Positions 13,277-25,600 of a stretch of 64,000 nucleotides of DNA are shown piece by piece. Made by a program: the position numbers and the translations under genes. Origin of the DNA: Lingula anatina. Its lineage: Eukaryota > Animalia > Brachiopoda. Below the pieces are notes generated by a model. The model was not told the origin of the DNA. It ran no database searches and saw only the letters and a list, made by a program, of their open reading frames with translations. The DNA lies in NCBI GenBank assembly GCA_051362555.1, contig CM120646.1, forward strand, positions 11,160,001-11,224,000, written 5' to 3'. The first letter of the stretch is position 1. Each line of letters begins with the position of its first letter.

Positions 13277-14902
13277 GGGGGGAGGGGGGGGGGGGGCAAG
13301 GGGTTTGTGCCACTCCTCTTCTGTCAACCCTTTCAGTATAATCACACTGAGATAGTTCCTAACAAGGTAACAATTAGATCTGCATCAACCAGCTACATCC
13401 ATAAGAGTTTGAATTGAACTACTTACCAAGCTGATATTAGAGTCAAAGCTCATCTGTATATACTTCCAGTCAAACTCCACTCCTCTGGCTCCCACCCATA
13501 GAGGGAGGCACCTGCAAAGGTCAACATCTATTCTCTTAACACAAAATGGGTGGTAAAATTATCACATATAAGCTGAAATAATCTATTACTCTATCTGTTT
13601 CTAATGTAAGTGAGTTACGTTGTGTGCCTTACCCAGCAGTTGGGAATATTAGGAATCATAATCACAAAACATACAGAAAATTTTTTTTTACTAAATATGC
13701 CATCATAGCTGGACTGGCCTTAGATCGCATTCACAACGAGTTGAGCCATGGCTTTACAAATCCTGGAACGAAATATGGCGGACGTACATGAAAGAAAAAC
13801 CCGCCTAATCTTTTAATAGTCTCTCCGCCTCTCACACGCCTCCCCATGTGTCGTCCCAATGGAGCCGAAATTTAATGACTGTACCCCCGCAGGGATGACG
13901 CATGGGGAGGCGTGTGAGAGGCGGAGAGACTATTAAAAGATTAGGCGGTTTTTCTTTCATGTACGTCTGCCATATTTAGTTCCAGGATTTGTAAAGCCAT
14001 GGCTCAACTCGTTGTAAATGCGGGCTTAGACTAAAAAATGGCTCATACCGTGTGACAATAAGTTCTGCAGTAGCCCACCCCATGCTGGCTATCATAAACT
14101 TGAGCTGCCCTTTGCCTGCCACTCTGGTCATCACTAAGTGGATTCCAACTAAGTCTGCTAAGTCTATGGTAGACTTCAAGAACTCCTGAAATATATTGTA
14201 GATCTATTGTTTCAAACTTTCCTGGCTCAAATGGGCTAAAATGGCTCACAAAATTCAGGAAATAAGTTATTAAAAACCAGACAAGCTAAGAAACAAGGGT
14301 CTAAATCCATTGCATACCTAACGAAAAATACTATTTCATAAACTTAGCGCACTGCCTTGACAATAAAATAAATTATAAAAAAAGCTCACCCCTACAACGT
14401 CAAATCCTACAGCAGCACCAGAAAGCTCCGTGGCAGGAAAAAATGTTGCCAGTACCAGCATTTTACATAACTGAGTTATCATGTAGGCCACTCCCGCTTG
14501 CACACATTTCCAAAAAGCACTGTATTCCGCTCTTGAGAGAGAGAAAAAAGATGAACAAATTAGTAACCTCGTCAAGATACAGTGTGAGATCTTCATCTTA
14601 CTTTTATTCGTGGCTTTTTAAAAGAAACAAGCCAATTGTAAAAAGTAACCATATCTCAATAATATGTGAACCTACTTTTAGCACGTTACAGCCAATTTAT
14701 AGCCAACTGCAAAATTACATTGCCACATTCAATTGATTTGGTGTAAATTTCATTAGGCAAAGTAAATGTGTCCAAATTTTAATGAGTAAGTAAGTGAGAT
14801 AACTACCCATAAATTGGTTACTTACAATCCGGAGCACTTGTACGTTATCATATACGGCACATACGATAAAGCGAGGCAATTAAGAAAATGAAATAGTGTC
14901 AT
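12418..14902 (-). CDS. TMEM147: Transmembrane protein 147 (BOS complex subunit of the ER multipass translocon), complete, 6 exons, about 233 aa
   Basis: Exons 14902-14826, 14531-14390, 14185-14049, 13511-13427, 12989-12868, 12556-12418; all GT-AG, phases consistent, 702 nt in total. Starts [39 protein letters not shown] and contains [27 protein letters not shown]. Confidence 0.95.
13238..13295. repeat. (TG)n followed by a poly-G tract
   Basis: Direct reading of the sequence; TMEM147 intron 4. Confidence 0.85.
13723..14025. mobile_element. Young fold-back MITE with TTA TSD (PIF/Harbinger-like) in TMEM147 intron 3
   Basis: Inverted arms of about 135 bp with about 8 differences and a spacer of about 35 bp. 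TTA at 13720-13722 and 14026-14028. Confidence 0.85.
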
Positions 14903-15270
14903 TTTGCGGAAGAAAATGGAAATATCGACATGCGACTCCGGCAAGGTCAAGGTTACTAATAACACCGCAGCGATTTTTAACAATTATTCCTAGGGTTTTA
15001 GTGCCACTAATTATCATAAAAATTACATGTTTTGACTTTTTCAGTTGTTCTAATTATATTATATTGTATTTTGGTAGACTAATTTATTAATATATGTGTT
15101 TAGTTTCATTTACCGCGTAGCAGTCTCGAAATTTCTCCAGATGTGCGAGACTTTCCTCCCTGGAAACTATTGTTTGTTTACAGCTGATGCTTTAACACGC
15201 GGGGGTTGGTTTATAAACAACTGAGCCTCCAGTATCTCCCGATAAAAAAAGTAAATTTTAGGTGACAGCT
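14903..15270. promoter_or_regulatory. Bidirectional promoter region shared by TMEM147 and Flattop
   Basis: Divergent ATGs 368 bp apart; locally CpG-richer; forkhead-type motifs TGTTTAC (15175-15181) and TAAACAA (15214-15220); half X-box TGGAAAC (15161-15167). Confidence 0.6.
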
Positions 15271-17377
15271 ATGGCGCTGCATTTTAGCGGTAATCAGGTA
15301 TGTATAACAAGACAATAATAAGATATTTGAAAAATGCTGAACTACGAAATGATTTATATTTGCTATTTTACGCTACAAAATTATTTGCCGGCTGCCCATG
15401 CCAGTTTATACTGATAGGCATATCATCGTGTAAATTGTGCCGGATATTTTCAAATTTTGTACAAGTCGGGAAGGGATATCTCAAATTTTATTTAACAGTC
15501 ATAAAAATTTGTCTGACAAAAACATGAATAAAGCATTTGTCACATATGCTTGTCTTTATTTGATAACTCGTATTGTTTTTTTTATTTTACACACTACATA
15601 GCTGAAGTTCTTAAGCAATAGAGTCTATATGTATATCATTTCTATACTTTAGTATGAACAGGCCTTTGATCCCAAAAGGCTACAGAACTGGGAAGTAGCA
15701 AAGCGACACAGACAGGTAGGTATTGTATATCTTGTACCAGTATCATCTATTTCTTTATTAAGACCCCCCACATACACACAAAATAATAAATAAATAAATA
15801 AATAATTTAGCACCTTGGTGATTTTTATAATGATATCTACACAAGTGGCCATGCAGAATTTTCATAAGTTCTTGTATTAAAAATTTTACATCACATGACA
15901 CGAAGAAGACAGTGTTCAAGTCCCCCAGGTTGAATGAATTAATTTCATTTTATTATTATTATTATTTTTTATCAACAGAGACCCAAGTCTTTGGATGGTT
16001 TCACTCAGATCATTGCCACAGACAGAGGGCACCTGTTCCCTGGAGTGAGGAGGAGTGGAGAATCACCCTGGGGGACATTTGTTGGGACATGGGACATGCC
16101 ACTTAAAATACCAGGTAAGACATCTCTCCTGTGTTGCCTTTATTGTAGTCATATTCAGGGTGAATCCAGGATTTTATTGAAAGAGAGAGAAATCGAGAGA
16201 GAGGAGGGGGGTGTTACATGCTAGCTAAGAGAAATGTTATTATTTGGGGGGGGGGGCACACTTTGAGGCTAACTGGTGCTTTTAATCGTAAATTTAGTTT
16301 TAAACAGTAGTGGTTGCCTTGTATCTTATCTCTTTGGTATATTTACTGCGTCATTTACAGCACATAGTACTGCTCAATGCTTAAGCAATTTTAAAGTTCA
16401 AGCTTTTAATTCTGATATTAGAATTATATGATAAATTACCTATATTTTCGTTCGGATACCTTATGAACTGACCTTGGAGGTGTGTACTTACTTATTTTCA
16501 ATTTATGATACTTCTGTATTGAGAGACTGGTCAGTCATCTGTGTCATCCTTGTTTTCAGGCAATAAGATGACCAACCCCACTGCCAGGTCCACCTACGCC
16601 CAAGAGAAGCTGCACAAATTAAAAGGTGAAGGGGATTTGGTCATCAAGGGCACACTCAAGGCTCCACCCAAAATTCCCACTCCTCCAGGCCCTCTCAGGG
16701 TATGTACTTCAAAATACAATATATATATACACACACACACACATATGGTCAAGTTTAATCTGGAAATTTACTGTAGAAATTGTGTAATGAAAAATAAAGT
16801 GAAATAAGACAATTTAAAATGACTAATAAATCATGTTTTCCTTATCTAGTTAATGTAAAGATTGAAAATGCATAAGAAATTCTTATTGGCCCACCCTCTG
16901 AAATATGAATATTAATTCTTATTACTGTGAATTAAGATAATAAATAGTAAAATATTGATTGATAATATCACCAATTACTTTATTTAAATATGACTTTTCC
17001 AGCATGAGGACATAGTTGTATCAGGCAAAGAGAAAGTACCTGACGATAAGCCCACACATCTAGAGGACAGCGCAGAGAATGATATTGCACGCAGTGGCGC
17101 CAAAGGTCCTACGCCCCCTGCCATCATGACGCGCACCACCCCTGTCCGTGTCACACCACCCGCTCCTAAAGACATTCCCCCAGAGCCAAAACTGGCCACC
17201 CCTGTTATGGCAAAAATTCCCACACCTGTTGCCAGAGAAATGCTACGATCTCCAAAGATGAAGACCCCTGAAAGAAAAACCCCAGTGAAAACTCCAGATT
17301 GGGATGCACAACAACCAAAAACAGGGGCTCGTCCTGACACTCCACCAAACAAGGTGAATGAGCCCCTAGTGGCTTAA
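15271..17377 (+). CDS. CFAP126: Flattop / cilia- and flagella-associated protein 126, complete, 5 exons, about 246 aa
   Basis: Exons 15271-15297, 15653-15715, 15979-16114, 16560-16699, 17003-17377; 741 nt. MALHFSGNQYEQAFDPKRLQNW and GFTQIIATDRGHLFPGVRRSGESPWGTFVGTWDMPLKIP match the Flattop family signature. Confidence 0.92.
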
Positions 17378-18508
17378 GTGGTGGTTTTCATATGGACTGT
17401 TGTAGAGAGAAAAAACTCAATTCATCAATGACTGGGATTATCATTTATTGATCAGTTCATCATTCTTTCATATACAAATACTCTTGTACAGATTCTTCCT
17501 TCCTTTGCTTAAAGCTTTTGAAGTAAAACAGTATTATCATGTGAGACTGGCGATAGTAACGTCCAATGAATTTCATCTTGAAATGGTATATTGTACAGTT
17601 GTTCTTATTCCTAGCAGTATAGATTTAGGAATTAAGTCATTATTAGTTGATTTCTGCTTTTATTTGAAAAATTTGCCTTAATGATTTATTTTTAAATTAC
17701 TCAATTTTTGGTGCTGTGCCATTAAACCAAAAAATATTTAAAAACAATTTTAAAAATAATGACAATAGTAAAAGATAAGGCACACACACAAATAGAGGTA
17801 AATTTTTCAGATTTTTCTTTGGTGTTGAATTTTACAAAGTAGATGGTCTTTTAATATATTGAAATTAAATAATTTACTTTTATTATCTACTTATGCCAAA
17901 TCAACTGTTGTTGATAAAGTTGTTGCCACTGCTGTGTCTATTCCGCAGATATTTGTGCCAACAATCCAATCGCAAATTTCTAATAAATATTCTACAAAAA
18001 CAAAAATTTTGTTCATCATATTTTCAACTGATGTTGGTTATAAAAGCAAGTAGTAAATTTCTCCCTATGTGAAATTATCTCATTGATCAAACTTTTACCA
18101 ATTCAAACCAATGTTGTCTTTACATTAGCAATTATTTAATAACTATTTAATTATTTGTTTGAAAAATGTTATTATAATTGTAAAGTTTGGATCAAAATCT
18201 TGAATGCCTGGTCTACTTTCCCAATTAGAAAGCTCTCCTAATATTCTTACAGTTATACCTCAAGAACATTGGCCATAATTACTATCTTATTTCACATTCC
18301 ATTGGCAAGGTAAGTGTTGTACATGTAAGATAACCCCTCACTCACAAAACATGAAAACAGGGGCATGAACTGGAAAAAGATTCTTTATTTTGACACATGT
18401 GCCTTAGGCAGGAGTTCAGAAATGAAAAGTCCAATTCTCTGATATTTTGCTCATTTTCCTTGACAATCTGTAAAAACCAACAATCTTTTTCCTACACACC
18501 ACAAGTAA

Positions 18509-18846
18509 CACTAGTGGGCTGGATTTGGTCTTAAAGTGCAATTTAAGTTCACAAGTGATCTTATCTTCTTAATCATTACAGCAGTAGTCTTAAATGGACT
18601 GAATCTGCTTTTAAGATAAAAAATGATCTAACATGTACTTAAGTGGTCAAGCAGTTTCCTCCCCTCACAATGGGGGGATGCCTCCCCTCACAATAGATAA
18701 CACCTCTGCTCACAATAGGAGAATGTGTAAGGGGAGATAACTTAATTGGCTGTCAGACCAGAAATGGCCTTACTCATGGTTTAAGATCATGTAAGACTAT
18801 TTGTGAACTTAAATTGCACTTTAAGACCAAATCAAGCCCACTAGTG
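18509..18846. mobile_element. 338-bp CACTA-ended MITE, copy 2 (inverted relative to copy 1)
   Basis: Same TIRs and internal sequence (reverse complement) as 8724-9061; 3-bp TSD TAA (18506-18508, 18847-18849). Confidence 0.9.
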
Positions 18847-19344
18847 TAACCTACTGACAAACAACAGTAAGTGGACATGATCCAACGGACTTAATGCAGG
18901 TACATGTATTCCACAAATCTTTTACTTTCACTGTTTTCTCTCTAATATAGAATTATTTCCAAAGGTTCAGGCCACTTTTCATCAAAATTACCTCTGCCTC
19001 ACTTTAACTGGTTACTGACGGTTATGCCACCGTTTCTCCACAGCTGATGTTATAGTTTTTCACTTACCAAGATGTCTGATTTAACAACTGATTGGCAATT
19101 TTGTATCCATGGATACATTACAAAGTAGCACCATGGCAGTCACTTTTCAGTCTCTCGCAGGAGGAAAATGTTTTGTTCATTTTTGATCAAAAATGAACAA
19201 TTTTTCACTGTGACTGCACAACCCTACAACCACTGCCTGAGTTCCCAGAAAATAAATCTGAAACATTCTGGTAGCTACCTTGATTCATATGAACTGAACA
19301 TCTGTCAGCACTTTGGGTGTTAATGGTAATTATGCAGACATATG

Positions 19345-19442
19345 GTTGTCATGGCAACTGGTCCATGGTAACTGAGCAGCAACATGGTTTCCACGGTAGT
19401 TTGTCCACGGTAACTATGCATGATATTGGTTGCCAAAGTCAC
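19345..19442. promoter_or_regulatory. Array of RFX X-box-like motifs on a 14-bp register
   Basis: GTTGTCATGGCAAC (19345), TGGTCCATGGTAAC (19359), GTTTCCACGGTAGT (19387), TTGTCCACGGTAAC (19401), GTTGCCAAAGTCAC (19429), compared with consensus GTTNCCATGGNAAC. Confidence 0.45.
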
Positions 19443-19451
19443 TGTGTGACA

Positions 19452-20929
19452 TCAAGGCAGGAGCCTGTTGTACTCTGAGAGGAACTGAGACTTCTTTATG
19501 CTCTCCCATGCCTTGTTAGCATAATGAAACCTGAAAGAGAGAATGGTGTCAATTAAAGGAAAAAATACTACTACATATTCAGCATGTAACATTCTAGGGC
19601 CACTCTTGATAAATAATTTCTTGTTTGAGCCAAGTAACTGAATGTTCACTACAACAATAATAAGTATATCGAACAAATATAATTTTTCTTTTTCATTCTA
19701 AATCACCCAAGCCTTTCACATAAAACTGTACATTCCATCATGGACCTACATTCAAGATACTGCTTCATTTACCAAATGAGGCAGGTTACGTATAAAGAAA
19801 ATCACCTGACTGATCTTTCATAAACTCTTATAAATGACACTGCATAAATTCTACCTACTTCCACAAGTATTACACAGTTACAATTTCTCTGATCTCCTCA
19901 TTAAATATGTCTTACCAATACTTCTCAGATATGGTGACATTGGTGATGAGACTACGCGACATGGAGAGCAGCTGGTTTCTCAGTGTCTTCATGAGAAGTT
20001 CAAAACTAGGGTAGCCTCTATACTCTGGCAGGAGGGTCAGGATGTTACCTGGAATAACAGATGAAATATTCATCTTTACTGTGCTATTACTTAAAATGTT
20101 TCCTTGCTTTGTTATAACTTTCAAATGTGAGATATAAACAAACCCCCTGTGATCTCAGAAATAAATCTAAACCAGGTAAGTGTAAAATCATTGCCAATTT
20201 GACACCAATTTGACCTAGAGGCCATGTGTACTCCAAACTAAGTGGCTCTACTCCAAACATTTCCCGTGACAAGTAGGAGCTAGAGGAACACTTACCTTGT
20301 TCTTTGGTACCCTGCATACTTGGTAAGAGGTAGAGGTTGACCTCTGACCTTTGACCCTGGCTGTGACCTGGGAACATGTTGCTACTGGTCATTGATAGAG
20401 AACCTAAAATATGTTATAGTTAAATTAACAAATTATTTTTGTTCTAACATGATATATTTCTTTGCAATCATTTGAGCTACAATTTGATGTCCATTATGAA
20501 ATTCTAACCCAGGGAAATATATTTTGCAAAGATATATTGTTATAATCTTTTGCACAAAGTTACTCATATTTATGTCAAACTTGAGAGCATTTCACTTAGC
20601 TTGCTTTAATCTATAACCGTTTTATATATAAACTTATATATTTGGTCTGCTTACTTACCCTTACACCTAAGTTTTGAATGTTGCAGAGCTTTGCTGAGGA
20701 TTTTTTGCATCTCATCGTAGCTATCTAGACCAAAGTCTTGCCTGCTTGCCTTGTTGTTCAGAAAAACTGAAACAGAGCAGAAGTTTAGTTTAATATTCAA
20801 ACCCTTCAAAAGGTAAAAAAAATTGATGCTTTGGGAATACTTATAGCAGAGATATCCAACAGGTTAGATTGACAATGTGAAAAAGCAGACAATAAACCTT
20901 TTACACCAAATACTTCTCCACATTCCAAT

Positions 20930-20997
<68 letters not shown>

Positions 20998-22624
20998 CTC
21001 TTTTTACAAACAACACTGGCACTTGAAGACAGCTAAACACAATGCCTCATCTAATATTTCCCTACATATTTCTTACTGAGAAGATTGGAAGATAATATGC
21101 TCCCACTGTACTTGTGTGTGTGTGTGTGTGGTGGGATGTCATAACTAGGAGAAAAACCTACTCACATTATACTCACCTATATGTGGATAATACTCTGGAG
21201 TATCATCTGGTGGGATGTCATGACTAGGAGAGGGGGTCGGGGGTTTCAGCATTTCTGCTGTCTGTAATAATCTTAAACAAACAGAAAGACTTCCATGAAA
21301 CACAAATCAACATATCTTTAAAGTTCATTTTGACAAATGACACTTTATGAAATCAATTTCAATTCACACCACATTGACCAATCAAACTTGAAAAAGGTAA
21401 ATGACAAAAAAACATATTGCTGGTAATTATGGTAAACACCTAATTTTGCACTGCTACTGCAATGAATGTGGCAGCATTTTGGCTTCAGATTGGAGAAGCT
21501 GTGTACCTGAGGAGGTTGGCATCAGTGAACCAGTCTTGTACCACCAGCACCACATTACACACCGTCATCATGAACGTCATCAGCTGAAGGGACTGGGAAA
21601 TATTAAAATAAAGAATAATATTATATATCTCTGTCATTTCCGACCTCTTTTTCTCCACATTGAAAGAGATTTTTTACATTTTTACACTGAGGAAAGGATG
21701 CTGTAGATTACTAAAAAAATAAAATTTACTATAGTGTAGTCTATATCATAAAATCAACATAAAAATTGACACCAACTGTGTATCTGTCATACCAAAGTCC
21801 CTCCCCAGTATTATATTGATATCCATTTTTATATTTTATTAGAAAAAAAATCATTTTTCCCCAAAGGAGGACTTTTGACCTTTCTTGATATATATATGAC
21901 AGCATACCTGCATCTCTATACAGTTCTCTGTAGTGCTGTACTCTGAGGGATATTTTTTCTCTGTGTGGACCATGTGGTCTAGTATGGAGGCACTCAGGAG
22001 AGGCTGGAAATAAGGTCATTGTTTTACCATAAAAGCTAAGCTAAAGTACCTCATCTCGGGAACTTATGCATGCCAGCAAAATAAAGATAAATCATAAATT
22101 ACTATAGCAATCAATATACACTCAACCTAGGTAAGTCATTAAACTGTATCAAGTAAGGCAATTTAAAAATTGTGTGTCCTATTTGAGCTTCTTGGAGAAA
22201 ATCTAAGTTCTCTAAATGTAAATAAGGCAAGGAGAGCAGTGTATGACCACATTAAACTGTATACAGTAAGTCAATCATAATACCTGACAATCTAAGAGAA
22301 TGGTCCTCTCACTGGTCACATACATGTCCACTCCTGTGGTCTGGTGTCCACACACTTCTCTGACCTCTCTGGACTGTGGCTTGAATATGTATGACCTGGA
22401 GAAACAATGGTGTATTACTGACATATTTATATCACCTCAATCAAATGTGATTATGAATATTCCCCCTTTTTTTTGGTATGACAATACAGAGCCATGTCGC
22501 TGACATACGTATTTGACATGTAGTTTACAATTATAAATTATCACCAGAACATGTATAAAGATATGCCATCAAAGTTTTTTCAATGCCTCTTTTTCTTCTG
22601 TTTCTTCTCTCTCTCACACACACA

Positions 22625-22689
<65 letters not shown>

Positions 22690-25600
22690 TACTGACTTGT
22701 GTTCATCTGATGGCTGGTTTCCTGCTAGCAGCGACATTATGGTGGATTTCCCAGCACCCTGCAACCCCAACACACCAATCACAAAGAAATCAGTGTTATC
22801 TGTCAGCACCTGGAAAAAATCATAAAACAGACTTTTAAATATTTCAATCTGGCAAAGTTTTAGCTTTACACAATTACCAATTCTCTACACAGAATCCATA
22901 GAAGATTTTGCAGTAAAAACAGGAAATAATAGTTTTAGCTTTAAACAATTACCAATTCTCTAAAAAGAATCCATAATAGATTTTGCAACAGTTTTCGAAC
23001 CCTTACCTCCATTCCATTCTCAGTCCACTGGAACCCTTCATCAATCACTTTCACGCTGGAGCTCATCTCTGGGGTGAAATTCAGGCGGGGGTGTGCCGAG
23101 TCTGGAGTAATATACATCATGTTATCGATCATCTTTTGACACATGTCAAGTATGTTTAGAGAGAGACTATTACAGATCATGATACTGTATCATTATAATT
23201 ACGTCATGTTTCATGTTTTACATTATATCAGATCAATTCTTATCATATGCAATTTTTTTCTATTCTGTCTCCCTGCTTGCACTGTAACATTATCTTCTTG
23301 TTTTTGGTAAATGTCATCAAAGTTCACAAGCTTCCATTAGTGGCATTCTTTGAATGACCCTTGGTCACCTACAGATTACACTTGATGACAGTTCTCAGCC
23401 ATTGTTAAAGTAAACAGGTGTTCCTCATACTTTTTAATGTACATGTATATACAAGCCTAGCAGTTCACAATAAACTTTCGTAGAAGTCAGACGCATTGTT
23501 GTTGTCTCTCTCCTGAATAGAGTCCGGCACGTTGGACTCAGTAAAGAGCCATCATATTACATGGTGTCAGAAGTGGTTGCCAGACATAGGCAACAGTGAC
23601 GATCCGTGGCAGTTTTAACATTGTGTTAACTGTTAGCATGGAACTCACTGGTATCCCAACACCTTCCATGGACTGGAGTGCGTCTAATCTTCCTGAACAG
23701 TGGAAAAAATTTCACAGTCTCGTGGAACTTATTTTTAATGGGCCACTAAAGGAAAAGGAAGAGAAAGTGAAGGTGACTTATCTCTTGTTATGGATAGGAG
23801 ACAAGGGGAGAGAAATAAAGTCAACTTGGACAAATCTGGACGAACCAGACAAGCTGCAGTCATATTATGACCGTTTTAAAGCCCATGTGCAGCCGAAACT
23901 GAATCCCATCTTCGCGCGGTTCAAGTTTAACAATGAAACTCAAGGTGCATCTACCGTTGAACAATTTATTACACGTTTGCGGACACTTGCTGTTGACTGT
24001 GCATACACAAATGCAGAAGAGATGATCCGAGACAGGATCGTATTTGGTACCTCATCAGAGAAAGTGAGGGAAAAGCTCATAAATGAAGGTGACAAGCTGA
24101 CATTCGACAAAGCCGTGCAGATAGCCCAGTCGTACGAGTATTCAATGGAACAACTCAAGACAATGGGAAAAGAGGTCAGCAGCATTAAGAAACAACCTCC
24201 ACGTACAGGCAACTGGAGACATGTGAACAGACAGAAGAAACAGCAAAAGCAGGACAGACATGAGTGTGACAATTGTGGCTACGAGCATGCCAAGACTGAT
24301 AGATGTCCAGCTAAGGGTAAACAGTGTAATAACTGTAAGAAATTCAATCACTTTGCAAAAAAGTGTCGCAAAAGTATTGCTAAGAAACATGTTAACGAGT
24401 TGCAAGCTTTGCCAGATCAGCCCGATTCTGATTCTGATTCAGATTCACAATTCATTGTAGATAGTATTGACACGTCAGAGGGTTTAGATCAAGCATTTTG
24501 CCATGTAGAAATTGGTCCAACAAAGATCAATGTTAAGTTTAAGATTGACACAGGTTCTCAAGTGAATATTTTACCCAAGCATGTGTTTGACTCAATTGGT
24601 CATGTAGACGACCTGGAACCTCCTAGTCAGAAGCTTACTGCTTATAATGGTCACTCACTAAAAAACTTAGGGTCTGCAAATTTCACTTGTCAGTATAAGA
24701 AAAAGTCCATTGGCCTTCTGTTTCACGTCGTTGATACAGAATCTTCACCGATACTTGGTTTGAAAGCATGTATGGACTTGTGCCTGATTAAGTTAGTGTA
24801 TGCTTGCGATGTAGATGCTGATGTGAAGCGAGAGCTGGTCGGAAAAAGAGATTCTAGTAAACCCAGCCAAAATCTGAACAAATCCAAGTTTGGTAAAGAC
24901 CAAATATTGTATGAATACAAAGACGTATTCGAGGGTATAGGATTGTTCCCAGGTGAATGTGTAATTCACACTGATCCCGACGTAATTCCTGTTGTTCACC
25001 CCCCTCGCAAAGTGCCGCATGCACTTCATGAAAAGCTCAAAAATGAACTTGAGCGTATGGAGAAGCTTGACGTGATTTGTAAAGTCACAGAGCCCACAGA
25101 ATGGGTAAATTCTCTAGTGATTGTTGAGAAGCCTGAATCAAGCTCAGGTAAGGTACGTGTGTGCCTGGATCCCAAAGACCTAAATAGAGCTATTTTGAGA
25201 CCCCATTACCCCCCTAGAACGTTAGAGGAAGTATTACCCCAGTTAGCAGGTGCTCAATACTTCAGCAAGTTGGATGCCAGGTCAGGGTATTGGACAATTA
25301 AACTATCCACAGAATCCTCATACCTTACGACGTTTAATACGCCATTTGGTAGATACAGATATCTGCGACTGCCTTTTGGTTTGAGATCGTCGCAGGATGA
25401 GTTTCAGAGAAGGGTAGACGAAAATTTTGAGGGTCTTGACGGTGTAATAGCCTTAGTAGATGACATCATAGTGTTTGGAAAAAACAGAGAACAGCATGAC
25501 CGAAATCTGCGTAATGTTCTACAAAGGTCACGTGAGTGTGGGATCAAACTCAACAGAGAAAAAATGGAAATCGGCGTGACTAAAGTAAAATATTTTGGTC

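Noticed and set aside
13260-13295. G-quadruplex-forming poly-G tract
   Set aside because: Simple homopolymer next to a microsatellite; similar tracts occur elsewhere in the window and there is no evidence of function.
16984-17352. 122-aa minus-strand ORF overlapping Flattop exon 5
   Set aside because: Antisense shadow of a Pro/Thr-rich coding exon.
22531-22838. ORFs with HTHT, CVCV or ERER runs (also near 8600, 28850 and 59000)
   Set aside because: These are translations of dinucleotide and pentanucleotide microsatellites.
25453-25464. RT catalytic motif reads LVDD rather than YxDD
   Set aside because: Non-Tyr residues at this position occur in Mag-like Gypsy elements and both Asp residues are intact, so it indicates neither novelty nor inactivation.
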